Translations under genes and position numbers: made by a program | Assembly: GCA_964400205.1 (NCBI GenBank) | Contig: CAYNTU010000010.1 | Location: forward strand, 891-64,890 | Direction of reading: 5' to 3' | Source of the DNA: an uncultured Microbacterium sp. | Lineage (GTDB): Bacteria; Actinomycetota; Actinomycetes; Actinomycetales; Microbacteriaceae | Length of the DNA: 64,000 nt | Notes under the pieces: model-generated | Database searches by the model: none | The model's input: the letters and a program-made list of their open reading frames with translations, nothing else | Told to the model about the DNA's origin: nothing | Shown here: piece by piece, positions 1-11,865 of the stretch | Layout: every line of letters begins with the position of its first letter | Numbering within the stretch: the first letter of the stretch is position 1

Positions 1-813
1 GACGGGCTTGGCGTTCTGACGTGCGAGTTCGACGGCGCGCTTCTGCACGATGGGGACAGCCTCGAGCGGAAGCTCAACACCCAAGTCGCCGCGCGCAACC
101 ATGATGCCGTCAAAGGCCTCAATGATCTGCTCGAGGTTGTCAACGGCTTGCGGCTTCTCGATCTTGGCGATCGTGGGAGCCCAGCGGCCCTCTTCTTCCA
201 TGATCTCGTGGACGCGTTCGATGTCCCGTGCGTCACGCACGAACGAGAGCGCGATCCAGTCGGCGCCCGTGCGCAGTGCCCAACGCAGGTCGTCTTCGTC
301 TTTTTCGCTCAGGGCGGGGACGTTGACAGCGACACCGGGCAGGTTAATGCCCTTGTTGTTCGAAACCGGGCCACCGACGATGACCTTGGTCGTCACGGTT
401 GTCGCATCTGCCTCAACGACCTCGACACGTACCTTGCCGTCGTCGATGAGCAGAAAGTCGCCCGGTTTGACGTCTTGCGGGAGGCCCTTGAACGTCGTCG
501 AGACGAGCTCTTTTGTGCCCGGAACATCTTCGATCGTGATCTTGAAAATGTCGCCCGGAGCGAGGTCGTGCGGGCCGTTTTCGAACTTTCCGAGACGGAT
601 CTTGGGGCCCTGCAGGTCAACGAGCACGGCGACGGCGCGGCCCGAGTCATCGGCAGCACGGCGAACGTTGGCGTAGTTGGCGTCGTGCACGCTGTAGTCG
701 CCGTGACTCAGGTTCAACCGGGCGACATCAAGGCCCGCATCGATCAGGGCACGAACAGTCTCGTAGGTTGACGTAGCAGGACCGAGTGTGGCGACAATTT
801 TCGCGCGTCTCAA
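1..813 (-). CDS. pyk: pyruvate kinase (N-terminal 271 codons; C-terminus lies beyond the window start)
   Basis: My own reverse-strand translation from TTG at 813 reads LRRAKIVATLGPATSTYETVRALIDAGLDVARLNLSHG and stays open to position 1 (..AVPIVQKRAVELARQNAKPV). This is a classic pyruvate kinase N-terminus and A-domain. GGAG lies 9 nt upstream of the TTG. The ORF is not in the supplied track. Confidence 0.9.
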   Translation of the reverse strand, partial: MRRAKIVATLGPATSTYETVRALIDAGLDVARLNLSHGDYSVHDANYANVRRAADDSGRAVAVLVDLQGPKIRLGKFENGPHDLAPGDIFKITIEDVPGTKELVSTTFKGLPQDVKPGDFLLIDDGKVRVEVVEADATTVTTKVIVGGPVSNNKGINLPGVAVNVPALSEKDEDDLRWALRTGADWIALSFVRDARDIERVHEIMEEEGRWAPTIAKIEKPQAVDNLEQIIEAFDGIMVARGDLGVELPLEAVPIVQKRAVELARQNAKPV

Positions 814-903
814 CGGCAGGCTCCAGATCTTTCGTAGCGTTGCGCGCCTACTTGGCGCGTGCTACAAGCCTACGCCGTTTTGCGCTCTGAAAGCAGGTTC
901 CCG

Positions 904-2370
904 CTAGATCGTTGGGATACCAATTCCGACATCAGTCGGGCCCACCGGTCGAGGCAAATCAGTCGAGCCCGTGAGGTACTCGTCGACGGCTGCCGCGGCG
1001 GCACGCCCCTCTGCAATTGCCCACACAATGAGTGACTGACCACGCCCGGCATCGCCCGCGACGAAAACGCCCTCGAGGGTGGATTCGTAGTTGTTTCCAC
1101 GCTCGAAGTTGCCACGTGTCGAGACCTCGGGTCGGTCGTCAAGCGGAATCGTGTCGGTTTCTGGGCCGGTAAAGCCCATCGCGATGAGGACAAGATCCGC
1201 CGGGATCTCACGCTCCGTGCCTGGCTTGGGCAGACGCTTACCGTCGACAAACTCGGTCTCAGCGAGCACGAGTGTTGTGACCTCACCCGCCGCATTGCCA
1301 CGGAACTCGACGGTTGAGGCGAGATACATCCGCTCCCCGCCTTCTTCGTGTGCTGACTGCACTTCGAAAAGCGTCGGCATGGTCGGCCACGGTTGGTTCG
1401 GTGTGCGCTCGCTCGGCGGCTGCTTGCCAATCGCGAGGTTTGTCACGCTCAAGGCACCCTGGCGGTGTGCCGTACCGATGCAGTCGGCTCCCGTGTCGCC
1501 ACCACCGATGACAACGACATGCTTGCCCTCGGCAGTGATCTGGTCGGTGAGCTTTTCGCCCGCAACTGCACGGTTTGCCTCGACGAGGTACTCCATGGCA
1601 AAGTGTACGCCGTGCAAGTCGCGCCCCGGGATCTGCAGATCACGCGGAACCGTCGAACCAGTCGCGAGCACGATTGCGTCATAACGAGCACGCAGGTCTG
1701 GCCACGAGATGTCTTTGCCGATCTCGACACCGGCGCGGAAGCGCGTGCCTTCCTCGGTCATCTGGCGCAGACGAAGATCGATGTGCTCTTTCTCCATCTT
1801 GAAATCCGGGATGCCGTAGCGCAGCAAGCCGCCGATGCGGTCATCGCGCTCGAAGACAACGACCGTGTGGCCAGCCCGCGTGAGCTGCTGGGCAGCTGCG
1901 AGCCCCGCAGGGCCGGAACCGACGACGGCAACCGTTTTGCCTGTGAGGCGCTGCGGCGGCTGCGGCTCGACCCATCCGCTGCCAAAGGCACGGTTGATCG
2001 TCTCGACCTCGATCTGCTTGATCGTGACGGCGGGCTGGTTGATGCTCAGAACGCAGGCGCTCTCGCAGGGTGCCGGGCAGAGGCGGCCCGTGAACTCCGG
2101 GAAGTTGTTGGTCATGTGCAGGCGATCGATTGCCGCACGACCTTCCCCACGCCAGTTGAGGTCATTCCACTCGGGAATGAGGTTGCCCAGCGGGCAGCCG
2201 GCGTGGCAGAACGGCACACCGCAGTCCATGCACCGGCTCGCTTGGCGGCGCAAAACAGCCTCGTTGCCGGGCTCATATACCTCTTTCCAGTCGAGGATGC
2301 GCACGGGCACGGGGCGACGGGCTGGCAGCTCGCGCTCGGTTACTTTCAAAAATCCACGTGGATCAGCCAC
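904..2370 (-). CDS. gltD: glutamate synthase (NADPH) small subunit
   Basis: 488-aa ORF with Fe-S Cys cluster region [15 protein letters not shown] and dinucleotide folds [14 protein letters not shown] and [16 protein letters not shown] start overlaps the gltB stop. Confidence 0.95.
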   Translation of the reverse strand: MADPRGFLKVTERELPARRPVPVRILDWKEVYEPGNEAVLRRQASRCMDCGVPFCHAGCPLGNLIPEWNDLNWRGEGRAAIDRLHMTNNFPEFTGRLCPAPCESACVLSINQPAVTIKQIEVETINRAFGSGWVEPQPPQRLTGKTVAVVGSGPAGLAAAQQLTRAGHTVVVFERDDRIGGLLRYGIPDFKMEKEHIDLRLRQMTEEGTRFRAGVEIGKDISWPDLRARYDAIVLATGSTVPRDLQIPGRDLHGVHFAMEYLVEANRAVAGEKLTDQITAEGKHVVVIGGGDTGADCIGTAHRQGALSVTNLAIGKQPPSERTPNQPWPTMPTLFEVQSAHEEGGERMYLASTVEFRGNAAGEVTTLVLAETEFVDGKRLPKPGTEREIPADLVLIAMGFTGPETDTIPLDDRPEVSTRGNFERGNNYESTLEGVFVAGDAGRGQSLIVWAIAEGRAAAAAVDEYLTGSTDLPRPVGPTDVGIGIPTI

Positions 2371-5300
2371 CAGTCACCTCCAGGATGCGGTTCCAAACAA
2401 CGTCGCTGTCGGGGTCGAGCCCCTCAGCGAGGGCGTCTTCTCGAGCCTTCAAAACAAGCACGTAGTCGCGCGGCACAACCTTGACGAACTCGGTTGCCGC
2501 TTGGTCGAAGTTATCGAGCAGATCGGATGCGAGGGGCGAACCCGTCTTGTCTTCGTGCTCTTCGAGCAGGCTCCGGAGAACCTCAAGGTCTGCACGATCG
2601 AGCTCTTCCAAACGGATCTCGCCGCTTGCAAGTGCCTGCTCGTTGACGTTCTCTTCACGCAGGCCACGAACAAAGGCTGTGCCGCCAGACATACCGGCAC
2701 CGAGGTTGCGGCCCGTCGCGCCAAGAATGACTGCCGTGCCGCCCGTCATGTATTCGAGCGCGTGGTCACCGACACCTTCGACGACGGCGGTTGCACCCGA
2801 GTTGCGAACGAGGAATCGCTCCCCCACGACACCCGAGATGAACATCGTGCCGCCCGTCGAGCCGTAACCGATGACGTTGCCGGCGATGACGTTCTCGTGC
2901 GGCACAAGGTTCGAGTCGCGCGGTGGGCGAACCACGATATCGCCTCCCGAGAGGCCCTTGCCGACGTAGTCGTTTGTGTCGCCCTCGAGGCGCAGTGTGA
3001 TGCCGGCGGGCATGAATGCGCCGAGCGACTGACCCGCAGTTCCCTTGAGCGTGATGTCGATCGTTTCTTTCGCAAGAGCGGCCGGGCCGTAGCGCTTCGT
3101 GACCTCGTGGCCGAGCATCGTGCCAACGGCACGTGCCGTGTTGCGCACGGGAACCTCAATCACGATGGGTTCTCGGTTCTCGAGTGCGGGCTGTGCCCAC
3201 TCGATGAGTTGCGTGTCGAAGTGCTGTTCGAGTTCGTGATCTTGCTCGCGAACGTTGCGGCGGGCATCGCTCGCCGGGAATTGCGGCCCATCAAGGATGG
3301 GTTCGAGGTCAAGACCGGCGGCCTTCCAGTGATCGAGTGCCTCGGCGGCATCGATCAGGTCGCTCCGGCCAACGATTTCTTCGATCGAGCGGTAGCCGAG
3401 CTCAGCCAAGAGTTCGCGCACCTCCTGCGCGATGAACTCCATGAAGTTGATGACAAACTCCGGCTTGCCGGTAAAACGCTCACGCAGCACAGGGTTTTGC
3501 GTCGCGACCCCGACGGGGCAGGTGTCGAGGTGGCAGACGCGCATCATGATGCATCCGCTCACGACGAGCGGTGCTGTCGCGAAGCCGAACTCTTCCGCAC
3601 CGAGCAAGGCGCCGATGATAACGTCACGACCCGTTTTGAGTTGGCCATCGACCTGCACAACGACACGGTCGCGCATGTTGTTGAGCATGAGCGTCTGCTG
3701 TGTCTCGGCAAGGCCGAGCTCCCACGGGGTACCCGCGTGCTTGAGCGAGTTCATGGGGCTCGCGCCCGTGCCACCGTCGTATCCCGAGACGAGGATGACG
3801 TCACTCAGTGCTTTCGCGACACCTGCCGCGACGGCACCGATACCCGATTGGCTCACGAGCTTCGTGTGAATACGTGCTGAGGGGTTCGCGCGCTTGAGGT
3901 CGAAAATGAGCTGCTTGAGGTCTTCGATCGAGTAGATGTCGTGGTGCGGCGGCGGCGAGATGAGCCCAACGCCGGGCGTACCACCGCGAGTGCGAGCAAC
4001 CCAGGGGTACACCTTCTGCGGCGGCAGTTGCCCACCCTCGCCGGGTTTCGCACCCTGTGCAAGCTTGATCTGAATGTCGTCGGCCTCGGTCAGATAGAAG
4101 CTCGTGACGCCAAAACGCCCCGAGGCCACCTGCTTGATGGCGCTGCGACGCTGCGGGTCACGCAGACGCTCAACGTCTTCGCCGCCTTCACCCGTGTTCG
4201 ACTTGGCACCGATCGCGTTCATCGCAATCGCGAGCGTCTCGTGTGCCTCTTGTGAAATCGAGCCGTAGCTCATGGCGCCCGTCGAGAAGCGCTTGACGAT
4301 CTCCGAAACAGGCTCAACCTCGTCGATCGGGACGGGTGGCCGCTCCCCCGTGCGCAGCTTGAAAAGGCCGCGCAACGTTTTGAGCTCTTTCGCCTGGTCG
4401 TCGACGAGTTTCGTGTACTCGCGGAAGATGTCGTAACGCCCCGTTCGGGTCGAGTGCTGCAGGCGGAAGACCGTCTCAGGGTTGAAGAGGTGCGGCGAGC
4501 CGTCCCGGCGCCACTGGTACTCGCCACCCGTCCAGAGCCGCTCGTGTGCACGCGCGGCATCGTCCTCGGGGTAGGCAAAGTTGTGGCGCTCGAGGTTTTC
4601 TCGCTCGATCTCATCGATCCCGATGCCGCCGAGCTTGCTCTCTGTGCCCGTGAAGTACTCGTCGATGAACTCTTGCGAGAGGCCGACAGCCTCGAACACC
4701 TGAGCGCCCGTGTACGAACCCACCGTCGAGATACCCATCTTCGACATGATCTTGAGCACACCCTTACCGAGCGCGTAGATGAGGTTCTTGACAGCCTTTT
4801 CAGGGGTGATGTCGGTGATGTAACCCGTGCGAACGAGATGCTCAACCGTCTCCATTGCGAGATACGGGTTAACAGCGGATGCGCCGTAGCCGAGCAGCGT
4901 CGCAACGTGGTGCACCTCGCGAACGTCACCGGCTTCGATGATGAGCGCCGCTTTCATACGGTTCTCATTGCGGATGAGGTGATGGTGCACGGCAGAAACG
5001 AGCAGCAGAGATGGGATCGCCGCGAAATCCTTGTTCGTGTCGCGGTCGCTCAGGATGATGAACTCAGCGCCGTTCTCAATGGCCTCATCAACCTCGGCGT
5101 AGATCTCTTCGAGACGCTTGGCAATCGCGTCTTGGTGGCCGGGCACGCCGTAGAGGCCCTTGATCGTGACCGAGGTGCGACCCGGCAGCGCCCTATCGAT
5201 GTGACGGATTTTCGCGAGCTCATCGTTGTCGATGACCGGGAAGTCGAGCGCGACTGTTGTCGCGTGCTCCGGCCCAGCACTCAAGAGGTTGCGTTCTGGG

Positions 5301-6955
5301 CCCAGGTTGAGTTTGAGGCTTGTGACAATCTCTTCACGAATCGAGTCGAGCGGTGGGTTTGTCACCTGTGCGAACTGCTGCACGAAATAGTCGAAGAGCA
5401 TTCGCGGGCGATCCGTCAGCACGGCAATGGGCGTGTCTGATCCCATGGCTCCGAGGGGCTCGACACCCGTCTGCCCCATGGGCATGAGGAGCATTCGCAC
5501 TTCTTCTTCCGTGTACCCGAAGGTGCGCTGGCGACGCGTGATCGACGCGGGCGGGTGGATGATGTGCTCGCGCTCGGGAAGTGACGCGAGCGAGACGTGC
5601 CCCTCATCGATCCATTGCTGCCAGGGCGCAAGCTCGGCGAGCTCACGCTTGACCTCTTCGTCGGGCACGATACGACCCTGCGCCGTGTCGACGAGCAGCA
5701 TCTTCCCCGGTTGCAGGCGTCCCCGGCGCTTGACGCGTTCTGGCTCAAACTCGAGAACACCCGTCTCACTGCCGATCACGACAAAGCCATCGGTCGTTTC
5801 GGTCCAGCGCCCGGGGCGCAGACCATTGCGGTCAAGCGTTGCACCAACAACCGTGCCATCCGTGAAGATGAGCGCGGCAGGGCCGTCCCACGGCTCCATG
5901 AGGTTCGAGTGGAAGTCGTAGAACGCGCGCAACTGCGGGTCGATGTCACGCTGCTTCTCGTAGGCTTCCGGAACCATCATGAGAATCGCGTGCGCAATGC
6001 TGCGACCCGAGAGTGTCAGGAGCTCGAGCACCTCGTCGAACGAGGCTGAATCGGATTCGTCATCCGAACAGATCGGCAAGAGCGGGGCCATATCGCCCAG
6101 GAGCGCGGATTCAAGCTGCGACTGGCGAGCACGCATCCAGTTGCGGTTGCCGCCCACCGTGTTGATCTCACCGTTGTGCGCGAGCATGCGCAATGGCTGC
6201 GCGAGCGGCCACGACGGGAAGGTATTGGTCGAGTAGCGCGAGTGCACAACCGCAAGTTCAGTCGTGAAACGTTCGTCTTGCAGGTCGGGGTAGAACGGTT
6301 CAAGCTGCAGGGTCGTGACCATGCCCTTGTAGCCGATCGTGCGCGACGACAGGGACACAAAATACGCGCCCGCTTCATGCGAGGCGCGTTTGCGAAGTCG
6401 GTATGCAACTCGGTCGAGTTCCACACCACCCAGCGGCCCGCTGTTCTTGAGCGCGCGAACGAACACCTGCTCGAAAGCAGGGCGTGCCTCATCGGCGAGC
6501 TTGCCGAGGTGGTTGTTATCGGTCGGCACTTCGCGCCAGCCGAGAACTTTCAAGCCCTCTTCTTGTGCGATGCGCTCGATCGCAATCTTCTGTTCGCGGC
6601 GCTCTTGCGAGTGCCGTGGCAAGAAGACCATCCCAGCGGCGTACTGGCCAACTGGCGGAAGCTCAAAGCCAGCAACCTCGCGGAAGAACGCGTCGGGCAT
6701 CTGCGTCAAGATGCCAGCGCCATCGCCCGTGCCCGCGTCAGACCCAATCGCGCCGCGGTGCTCGAGGTTGCGCAGCGCCTCAAGCGCCATCGAAACGACA
6801 TCGTGACCGGGCGTGCCGCGCAACGTCGCGACCATCGCCAAACCACAGGCATCCTTCTCGAAAGCAGGGTTGTACATCCCCTGGCGGGCAGGGAATGTTG
6901 TCTGAGCGACAGACGAAGCCTTCGAGTGAAACGAGGTGCGCGAAGTGGAGGTCAT
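2363..6955 (-). CDS. gltB: glutamate synthase large subunit
   Basis: ORF of about 1530 aa with N-terminal Ntn-amidotransferase Cys ([11 protein letters not shown]), an FMN/Fe-S central domain and a C-terminal GXGXG beta-helix domain. The longest ORF starts at 6979. ATG at 6955 is preferred because GAGGA lies 8 nt upstream. Confidence 0.93.
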   Translation of the reverse strand: MTSTSRTSFHSKASSVAQTTFPARQGMYNPAFEKDACGLAMVATLRGTPGHDVVSMALEALRNLEHRGAIGSDAGTGDGAGILTQMPDAFFREVAGFELPPVGQYAAGMVFLPRHSQERREQKIAIERIAQEEGLKVLGWREVPTDNNHLGKLADEARPAFEQVFVRALKNSGPLGGVELDRVAYRLRKRASHEAGAYFVSLSSRTIGYKGMVTTLQLEPFYPDLQDERFTTELAVVHSRYSTNTFPSWPLAQPLRMLAHNGEINTVGGNRNWMRARQSQLESALLGDMAPLLPICSDDESDSASFDEVLELLTLSGRSIAHAILMMVPEAYEKQRDIDPQLRAFYDFHSNLMEPWDGPAALIFTDGTVVGATLDRNGLRPGRWTETTDGFVVIGSETGVLEFEPERVKRRGRLQPGKMLLVDTAQGRIVPDEEVKRELAELAPWQQWIDEGHVSLASLPEREHIIHPPASITRRQRTFGYTEEEVRMLLMPMGQTGVEPLGAMGSDTPIAVLTDRPRMLFDYFVQQFAQVTNPPLDSIREEIVTSLKLNLGPERNLLSAGPEHATTVALDFPVIDNDELAKIRHIDRALPGRTSVTIKGLYGVPGHQDAIAKRLEEIYAEVDEAIENGAEFIILSDRDTNKDFAAIPSLLLVSAVHHHLIRNENRMKAALIIEAGDVREVHHVATLLGYGASAVNPYLAMETVEHLVRTGYITDITPEKAVKNLIYALGKGVLKIMSKMGISTVGSYTGAQVFEAVGLSQEFIDEYFTGTESKLGGIGIDEIERENLERHNFAYPEDDAARAHERLWTGGEYQWRRDGSPHLFNPETVFRLQHSTRTGRYDIFREYTKLVDDQAKELKTLRGLFKLRTGERPPVPIDEVEPVSEIVKRFSTGAMSYGSISQEAHETLAIAMNAIGAKSNTGEGGEDVERLRDPQRRSAIKQVASGRFGVTSFYLTEADDIQIKLAQGAKPGEGGQLPPQKVYPWVARTRGGTPGVGLISPPPHHDIYSIEDLKQLIFDLKRANPSARIHTKLVSQSGIGAVAAGVAKALSDVILVSGYDGGTGASPMNSLKHAGTPWELGLAETQQTLMLNNMRDRVVVQVDGQLKTGRDVIIGALLGAEEFGFATAPLVVSGCIMMRVCHLDTCPVGVATQNPVLRERFTGKPEFVINFMEFIAQEVRELLAELGYRSIEEIVGRSDLIDAAEALDHWKAAGLDLEPILDGPQFPASDARRNVREQDHELEQHFDTQLIEWAQPALENREPIVIEVPVRNTARAVGTMLGHEVTKRYGPAALAKETIDITLKGTAGQSLGAFMPAGITLRLEGDTNDYVGKGLSGGDIVVRPPRDSNLVPHENVIAGNVIGYGSTGGTMFISGVVGERFLVRNSGATAVVEGVGDHALEYMTGGTAVILGATGRNLGAGMSGGTAFVRGLREENVNEQALASGEIRLEELDRADLEVLRSLLEEHEDKTGSPLASDLLDNFDQAATEFVKVVPRDYVLVLKAREDALAEGLDPDSDVVWNRILEVTGG

Positions 6956-7087
6956 AGATACCGTCCTCACGGAGTACATATGCGAACGCAGAAATCGCGC
7001 TGCAGTGCTGGGCGGGGCTGGGACGACGCTGACCCGAATGTCGATGAGGCTGTCCTTGCGATGAAGGGCGCTTGTGGCGCGAGCTTC

Positions 7088-8113
7088 TTAGGCCTTGGTT
7101 TTTTCCTTTGTCGCCGCCGTGGGTGGTTCGCTCACGTCGACGTACTTGGCGCGGCCTTCGCGCAAGTCTATAGCAGCCTGCGCCCACTCCGGAACTTTGC
7201 CCGTTCGGTATGGGCTGGGTTCAATTCCGTGGTGGCGACGCGACTGCACGATGAAGATGACGACACCGAGGGCGACGGCAAAGATCGCTGCCCACACGTT
7301 GGTGCGGATGCCCCAGAACATCTCGCTCGGGTCGACGCGGATGCTTTCCCACACGATGCGACCGGCGCCGTACCAGATGAGGTAGATCGCAAAGAGCTTG
7401 CCCCACTGCAGGCGGCGGCCGATCATGAGCAGAACGACAACGCCCAGGAGGTTCCAAAGCATTTCGTAGAGGAAGGTCGGGTGAAAGAGCGTGCCAGCCG
7501 GATAGCTTGCAGCAATCGCTGACTTCGCTGCGTCGATCTCAAGGCCCCATGGCAGGTCGGTCGGCCCACCGAAAAGTTCGTGGTTGAACCAGTTGCCGAG
7601 GCGGCCGATTGCCTGTGCGAAGAGCAGGCCCGGAGCGAGCGCATCCGCAAAGGTCCAGAAACGGATGCCCGTGTAGCGGCAACCAATCCAAGCACCGATT
7701 GCGCCACCAATGAGGGCGCCGAAGATGGCGATGCCGCCGTCCCAGATGTTCCACACAGCATTCGTGACGAAGGGGTTCCACCACTCGTGGCCCTCGTAGA
7801 AGTAGTCGCCCGGGTGGGTCAGCACGTGATAAGTGCGTGCGCCGATGATGCCGAGGACGAATGCGGGGAAGGCAATGTCAATCGTGATCCACTTCTCGGC
7901 GCCCCACTTCGTGAGTCGGTGGTTCGTCATCAAGACGGCAACGATGATGCCTGCGAGGAGGCACAGCGCATAGATGTGAATCGTGATGGGGCCGATTTGG
8001 AACGAACTGACTGAGGGGGAAGGAATGGCGGCTGGTGCCACAAGACCGGCTGAGAGTGCGAAAGACATGCTTGCCAGTCTAGGCCGAGTGCGCTGTGAGA
8101 TTCGAAGCGCCAC
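7088..8113 (-). CDS. lgt: prolipoprotein diacylglyceryl transferase
   Basis: Polytopic membrane ORF with IPSPS..GPITIHIYAL and the Lgt signature GRLGNWFNHELFG, plus the long hydrophilic C-terminal tail typical of actinobacteria. Alternative start is ATG at 8068. Confidence 0.9.
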   Translation of the reverse strand: MALRISQRTRPRLASMSFALSAGLVAPAAIPSPSVSSFQIGPITIHIYALCLLAGIIVAVLMTNHRLTKWGAEKWITIDIAFPAFVLGIIGARTYHVLTHPGDYFYEGHEWWNPFVTNAVWNIWDGGIAIFGALIGGAIGAWIGCRYTGIRFWTFADALAPGLLFAQAIGRLGNWFNHELFGGPTDLPWGLEIDAAKSAIAASYPAGTLFHPTFLYEMLWNLLGVVVLLMIGRRLQWGKLFAIYLIWYGAGRIVWESIRVDPSEMFWGIRTNVWAAIFAVALGVVIFIVQSRRHHGIEPSPYRTGKVPEWAQAAIDLREGRAKYVDVSEPPTAATKEKTKA

Positions 8114-8137
8114 GGCCCGTGACGCTCGAGTCAGAAC

Positions 8138-8926
8138 TCAGGCCCGGGTCGTGCCGTTTGTCAGTTCGTGGGCTGTTTGTGCGAGCCCGCTCACTCCGGC
8201 ATCGCGCAGAGCGCGTACGAGGGCAGACCCCACAATTGCGCCGTCGGCATAGCCAACGACATCGTGCACCTGCTCTGCCGTCGAGATGCCGATTCCGACG
8301 CACACGCTTTCTCCACCGGCCGCACGAAGCCGCTCAACGAGGGTACGAGCCGCGCGGTCGAGGTCGGCCCGCTCCCCCGTGATACCCATGGTCGAGACGG
8401 CATAGACAAAGCCGCGCGACGCTGCAACGACGCCGCGCAGGCGCTCGTCGCTTGAAGTCGGCGCAGCCAAGAAGATGCGATCGAGATCGTATTGTTCCGC
8501 GGCCGCGATCCACTCTGTCGCGTTCTCGGGCGTGATGTCGGGCGTGACGAGCCCGGCACCGCCAGCGGCAGCGAGGTCGCGAGCGTAGTTTTCGATACCG
8601 TGCTGCACAACGAGGTTCCAGTACGTCATAACGACGACGGGCGTGTCAACCACATCCGTAATGGCTTTGATGACGGTAAAGAGATCTGCCGTGCGAAAAC
8701 CCGCATCGAGAGCGACCTGGGTTGCTTCTTGGATGAGCGGGCCATCCATGACGGGGTCGGTATACGGCGGCCCCAACTCAATGATGTCTGCACCGTTTTG
8801 CGCAAGCGCAATTGCAGCGTCGATGCTCGTCTGGATGTCGGGGAACCCGGCGGGAAGATAGCCAACGAAGGCCCCACGACCCGAGGCGTGCGCCTTTTCG
8901 ATGGCGGCTGCAACCTTGCTGCTCAT
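8138..8926 (-). CDS. trpA: tryptophan synthase alpha chain
   Basis: 262 aa with [22 protein letters not shown]. Start overlaps the trpB stop. Confidence 0.95.
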   Translation of the reverse strand: MSSKVAAAIEKAHASGRGAFVGYLPAGFPDIQTSIDAAIALAQNGADIIELGPPYTDPVMDGPLIQEATQVALDAGFRTADLFTVIKAITDVVDTPVVVMTYWNLVVQHGIENYARDLAAAGGAGLVTPDITPENATEWIAAAEQYDLDRIFLAAPTSSDERLRGVVAASRGFVYAVSTMGITGERADLDRAARTLVERLRAAGGESVCVGIGISTAEQVHDVVGYADGAIVGSALVRALRDAGVSGLAQTAHELTNGTTRA

Positions 8927-10131
8927 TGCTCGCCTTCGCCGTCGTAGAGCCCGAAGTAGCGGGCAGCTGTATCCATATCTTTGTCACCGCGGCCCGAAAG
9001 ACTCACGGCAATGATGGCGTCGGGGCCGAGTTCCTTGCCGATCTTGATCGCGCCCGCGAGGGCGTGTGCCGATTCGATCGCGGGAATGATCCCCTCGGTC
9101 TGGCTCAGGAAACGGAAGGCCTCCATAGCTTCAGCGTCACTTGCCGGGATGTACTGCGCACGCCCGATATCTGCCAACCAGGCATGCTCGGGGCCGACGC
9201 CCGGGTAGTCGAGGCCGGCAGAAATCGAGTGCGACTCGATCGTCTGGCCGTCGTCGTCCTGCAGAACGTAGGTTCGTGCTCCGTGCAGCACGCCGGGCCG
9301 CCCGCGTTCAATCGATGCGGCGTGGCGGGGCGTGTCAATGCCGTCACCGGCAGCCTCCACGCCATAGAGCTTGACGTCGGCGTCATCGAGGAAGGCATCG
9401 AACATGCCAATGGCGTTGGATCCGCCGCCCACGCACGCAACAACGGCGTCCGGGAGTCGACCGGCTTCGCTCAGCAGTTGCTCGCGTGCTTCCTCACTGA
9501 TGATCTTCTGGAAATCGCGCACCATGGCCGGGAAGGGGTGAGGGCCGGCGGCGGTACCGAAAATGTAGTTGGTCGTCTCAACGGATGCGACCCAGTCGCG
9601 GTAGGCCTCGTTGATGGCGTCTTTGAGGGTACGCGCACCGGTCTTGACGGCGACAACCTCGGCTCCCAAGAGACGCATCCGAGCAACATTGAGCGCCTGA
9701 CGCTGCGTGTCGACCTCACCCATATAGATCGTGCAGTCGAGGCCAAAGAGCGCCGCAGCCGTTGCCGTCGCGACACCATGCTGACCGGCGCCCGTCTCGG
9801 CAATGACGCGCGTCTTCCCGAGACGCTTCGTCAGGAGGGCCTGCCCCAGGACGTTGTTGATCTTGTGGCTTCCCGTGTGGTTGAGATCTTCACGCTTGAG
9901 GAAGACTCGTGCACCACCAGCGTGACTTGCGAACCGTGGCACTTCGGTGATTGGCGAGGGGCGCCCAGCATAGGAATGCAGGAGTGATGCGAGCTCAGCG
10001 GTGAACTCGGGGTCGGCGATGGCGGTTTCGTATGCCTCGGTCAACTCATCAATCGCGGCAATGAGCGCTTCGGGCATATAGCGGCCACCATATGCCCCGA
10101 AGTCGGGCCCGGGTTGATCACGCAGACTCAT
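8923..10131 (-). CDS. trpB: tryptophan synthase beta chain
   Basis: 402 aa with PLP-lysine motif [15 protein letters not shown] overlap with the trpC stop. Confidence 0.97.
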   Translation of the reverse strand: MSLRDQPGPDFGAYGGRYMPEALIAAIDELTEAYETAIADPEFTAELASLLHSYAGRPSPITEVPRFASHAGGARVFLKREDLNHTGSHKINNVLGQALLTKRLGKTRVIAETGAGQHGVATATAAALFGLDCTIYMGEVDTQRQALNVARMRLLGAEVVAVKTGARTLKDAINEAYRDWVASVETTNYIFGTAAGPHPFPAMVRDFQKIISEEAREQLLSEAGRLPDAVVACVGGGSNAIGMFDAFLDDADVKLYGVEAAGDGIDTPRHAASIERGRPGVLHGARTYVLQDDDGQTIESHSISAGLDYPGVGPEHAWLADIGRAQYIPASDAEAMEAFRFLSQTEGIIPAIESAHALAGAIKIGKELGPDAIIAVSLSGRGDKDMDTAARYFGLYDGEGEQ

Positions 10132-10952
10132 ACGAGCGAACCGGTGTCATCCTGCGGGCGGCGTGGATTCGGGTAAGCGCCGGCCGCGAGAAACGAGGTC
10201 AAGGTGTCTTGTGGGTCGCTTGTCACGAGTGCTTCACCAATGAGCACAACATCCGCACCGGCCTCACGATAGTGGCGAACGTCGTCTTCAACGAGAACTG
10301 CGGATTCTGCAATGGCGATTGCCTCGGCCGGGATTCCGCCAACGAGTGTGCCAAAGAGGTCGCGGTCAAGCTCGAGGGTATTGAGATTGCGCGCATTGAT
10401 GCCGATGAGCTTCGCCCCAAGAGCGATGGCCGATTCAACTTCTTCGGCACTGTGGGTCTCAACGAGCGGCGTCATGCCCAGTTCGAGGGTCAGCTCGTAG
10501 AGCTGGCGGAGCGTCTCCGCTTCGAGCGCCGCAACGATGAGCAGCACCATGTCTGCTCCAGCAGCACGAGCCTCATACACCTGGTACTCGGTCGCAATGA
10601 AGTCTTTCCGCAGCACGGGCAGGAAAACAGCACCGCTCACGGCCTCGAGATCACTCAAATTTCCACCGAACTTGCGTTCTTCGGTCAAGACCGAAACGGC
10701 GCTCGCGCCGCCCTCCTGGTAGCGCAGGGCCTGCGCTACTGGGTCGGGAATCTCGGCCAGCTCTCCGCGCGAAGGGCTCTTGCGCTTGACCTCGGCAATG
10801 ATCTTGACACCGTCGGCGGGGGCAAGTGCGAGGAGGGCGTCACGTACGGGCCGGGCGCGAGCGGCATCCGCCTTCACCTCATCGAGTGGCCGAAGCTTTT
10901 CACGCGCCTGCGCGTCTGCCACGCTCCCATTCGTGAGATCGTGCAGCACCAT
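10128..10952 (-). CDS. trpC: indole-3-glycerol phosphate synthase
   Basis: Contains [13 protein letters not shown] and a TIM-barrel pattern. The track ORF extends to TTG at 11018, but ATG at 10952 forms a TAATG stop/start junction with the upstream small gene and gives a normal-length protein. Confidence 0.9.
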   Translation of the reverse strand: MVLHDLTNGSVADAQAREKLRPLDEVKADAARARPVRDALLALAPADGVKIIAEVKRKSPSRGELAEIPDPVAQALRYQEGGASAVSVLTEERKFGGNLSDLEAVSGAVFLPVLRKDFIATEYQVYEARAAGADMVLLIVAALEAETLRQLYELTLELGMTPLVETHSAEEVESAIALGAKLIGINARNLNTLELDRDLFGTLVGGIPAEAIAIAESAVLVEDDVRHYREAGADVVLIGEALVTSDPQDTLTSFLAAGAYPNPRRPQDDTGSLV

Positions 10953-11188
10953 TAATCGTGCGCTTTCGGCGTGTACTTCGGCCCCTTCACGCCGTACCCA
11001 GCCTTCGACATCGCCCAACCCACAATGGGGCCAGCGATGACGACGGCAATGCTCACCCAGAAGAGCGGTGCATTCGCGAGGAAGAAGAACACGGTCGCCG
11101 ATGCGATACCGACGAGCATGACGATGACAGCGGTCCAGGCAGCGGGTGAATCGCCGTGGCCAGGGTCACCGATGGGGTTCTTGCTCAT
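10952..11188 (-). CDS. small two-TM membrane protein with HGxxPAAW motif (Trp-region small protein)
   Basis: 78 aa, PGHGDSPAAW followed by two hydrophobic helices. Translationally coupled to trpC. GGAGGAG lies upstream of the ATG. Confidence 0.7.
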   Translation of the reverse strand: MSKNPIGDPGHGDSPAAWTAVIVMLVGIASATVFFFLANAPLFWVSIAVVIAGPIVGWAMSKAGYGVKGPKYTPKAHD

Positions 11189-11224
11189 GAGGGCTCCTCC
11201 GTGAGGTTGTGAATTGCGAAAGAC

Positions 11225-11240
11225 CAGGTGTGCACACCTG
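11225..11240. promoter_or_regulatory. 16-bp perfect palindrome CAGGTGTGCACACCTG between the Trp-region membrane gene and the HGxxPAAW/trpC genes (operator or weak terminator)
   Basis: Read directly and self-complementary over all 16 nt. It lies 37 nt upstream of the ATG at 11188. On the minus strand it is followed by GTCTTTCG. Confidence 0.25.
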
Positions 11241-11259
11241 AAATCGAGCTCTTGCCAGT

Positions 11260-11865
11260 CTAGCGGGGTGGTTCGGTCGGCTCAGCCACGGTCGTGGGGT
11301 CATCGCCCGAAGAAAGCTCATCCCAGGCATCGACACGTCTGGCGTGCGCCGACTTCGTGGCGCGCTCTGTCGCGGATTTCGCGACTTGGCCACGATCGGG
11401 CCACCGCGGGCTCGTCCAGGCGGCGATCGCCGACCCCGTCAATGCGACGACGAAGGCCGCAATCACGAAGAACGGAACGGCCGTCACCGCCACGCCAGCG
11501 ATGTACTGTGCTGGGTCACCTGAGATTCCCGTGACAGATCGAATCGCCGCCGAATCGAGAAACGCCGCGGGCGCAATCGTGACTGCGATGACCATGCCGA
11601 TAAGCACGGCGAGTGCGGTGAGTGTCGTGATCGCGAGGAGTCGTCGAAGCGTCGAGGGTACGAGCGTCAGCGCAAGGCTCAAGAGCAGTACTGCGATCGC
11701 CGCGGGCATGAGCGAGCCAAGCAGTTGCGACCCTGTGGCGTGGATCTCACTCCCGCCATCGGAGCGCTGCGCGATGACCCAGGGTTGGCCAGCAAACATG
11801 AGCGCGAGACCCGTGCCCGCAACGGACAACAGGAGGCTCAGCCCACGGGCACGTGCCGGGTTCAC
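11260..11865 (-). CDS. Trp biosynthesis-associated membrane protein (Trp_oprn_chp family)
   Basis: 201 aa with 4-5 TM segments and a C-terminal [14 protein letters not shown] motif typical of the actinobacterial Trp-region membrane protein. Start overlaps the hisI stop. Confidence 0.8.
   Translation of the reverse strand: MNPARARGLSLLLSVAGTGLALMFAGQPWVIAQRSDGGSEIHATGSQLLGSLMPAAIAVLLLSLALTLVPSTLRRLLAITTLTALAVLIGMVIAVTIAPAAFLDSAAIRSVTGISGDPAQYIAGVAVTAVPFFVIAAFVVALTGSAIAAWTSPRWPDRGQVAKSATERATKSAHARRVDAWDELSSGDDPTTVAEPTEPPR

Noticed and set aside
840-863. GCGCGCC-TACTT-GGCGCG hairpin between gltD and pyk as a terminator. Similar short GC stems occur at 7048-7075 and 56994-57014.
   Set aside because: The stems are only 5-7 bp, have no U-tract, and sit in a genome where such GC palindromes arise by chance. 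They were not reported as features.
1835-3880. 681-aa plus-strand ORF, together with many other long ORFs antisense to recognised genes (for example 6176-7522, 8812-9987, 12218-13087, 17179-18063, 31361-32353, 34455-35507, 42386-43270, 52144-53307, 54967-55863, 58779-60188, 35933-36553, 49534-50070, 61706-62473).
   Set aside because: They lie opposite or out of frame to ORFs with unmistakable conserved motifs. Their translations are Arg/Ala/Ser/Pro-rich low-complexity sequence typical of stop-codon-poor frames in high-GC DNA, and none has a recognisable motif or an SD.
7217-7228. GGGTTCAATTCC, a tRNA T-arm-like string.
   Set aside because: It lies inside the lgt CDS. The flanking bases do not form a T-stem, acceptor stem or anticodon arm.
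10953-11018. Longer TTG start for trpC at 11018. Similar long starts appear in the track for rpe (14920), aroB (39922), mltG (44008), rpsD (48124), gltB (6979) and pdxY (63013).
   Set aside because: The extensions overlap the upstream gene by tens of nt, encode non-conserved Arg-rich sequence and lack an SD. Internal ATG/GTG starts give ATGA/TAATG coupling or a good SD, and canonical N-termini.
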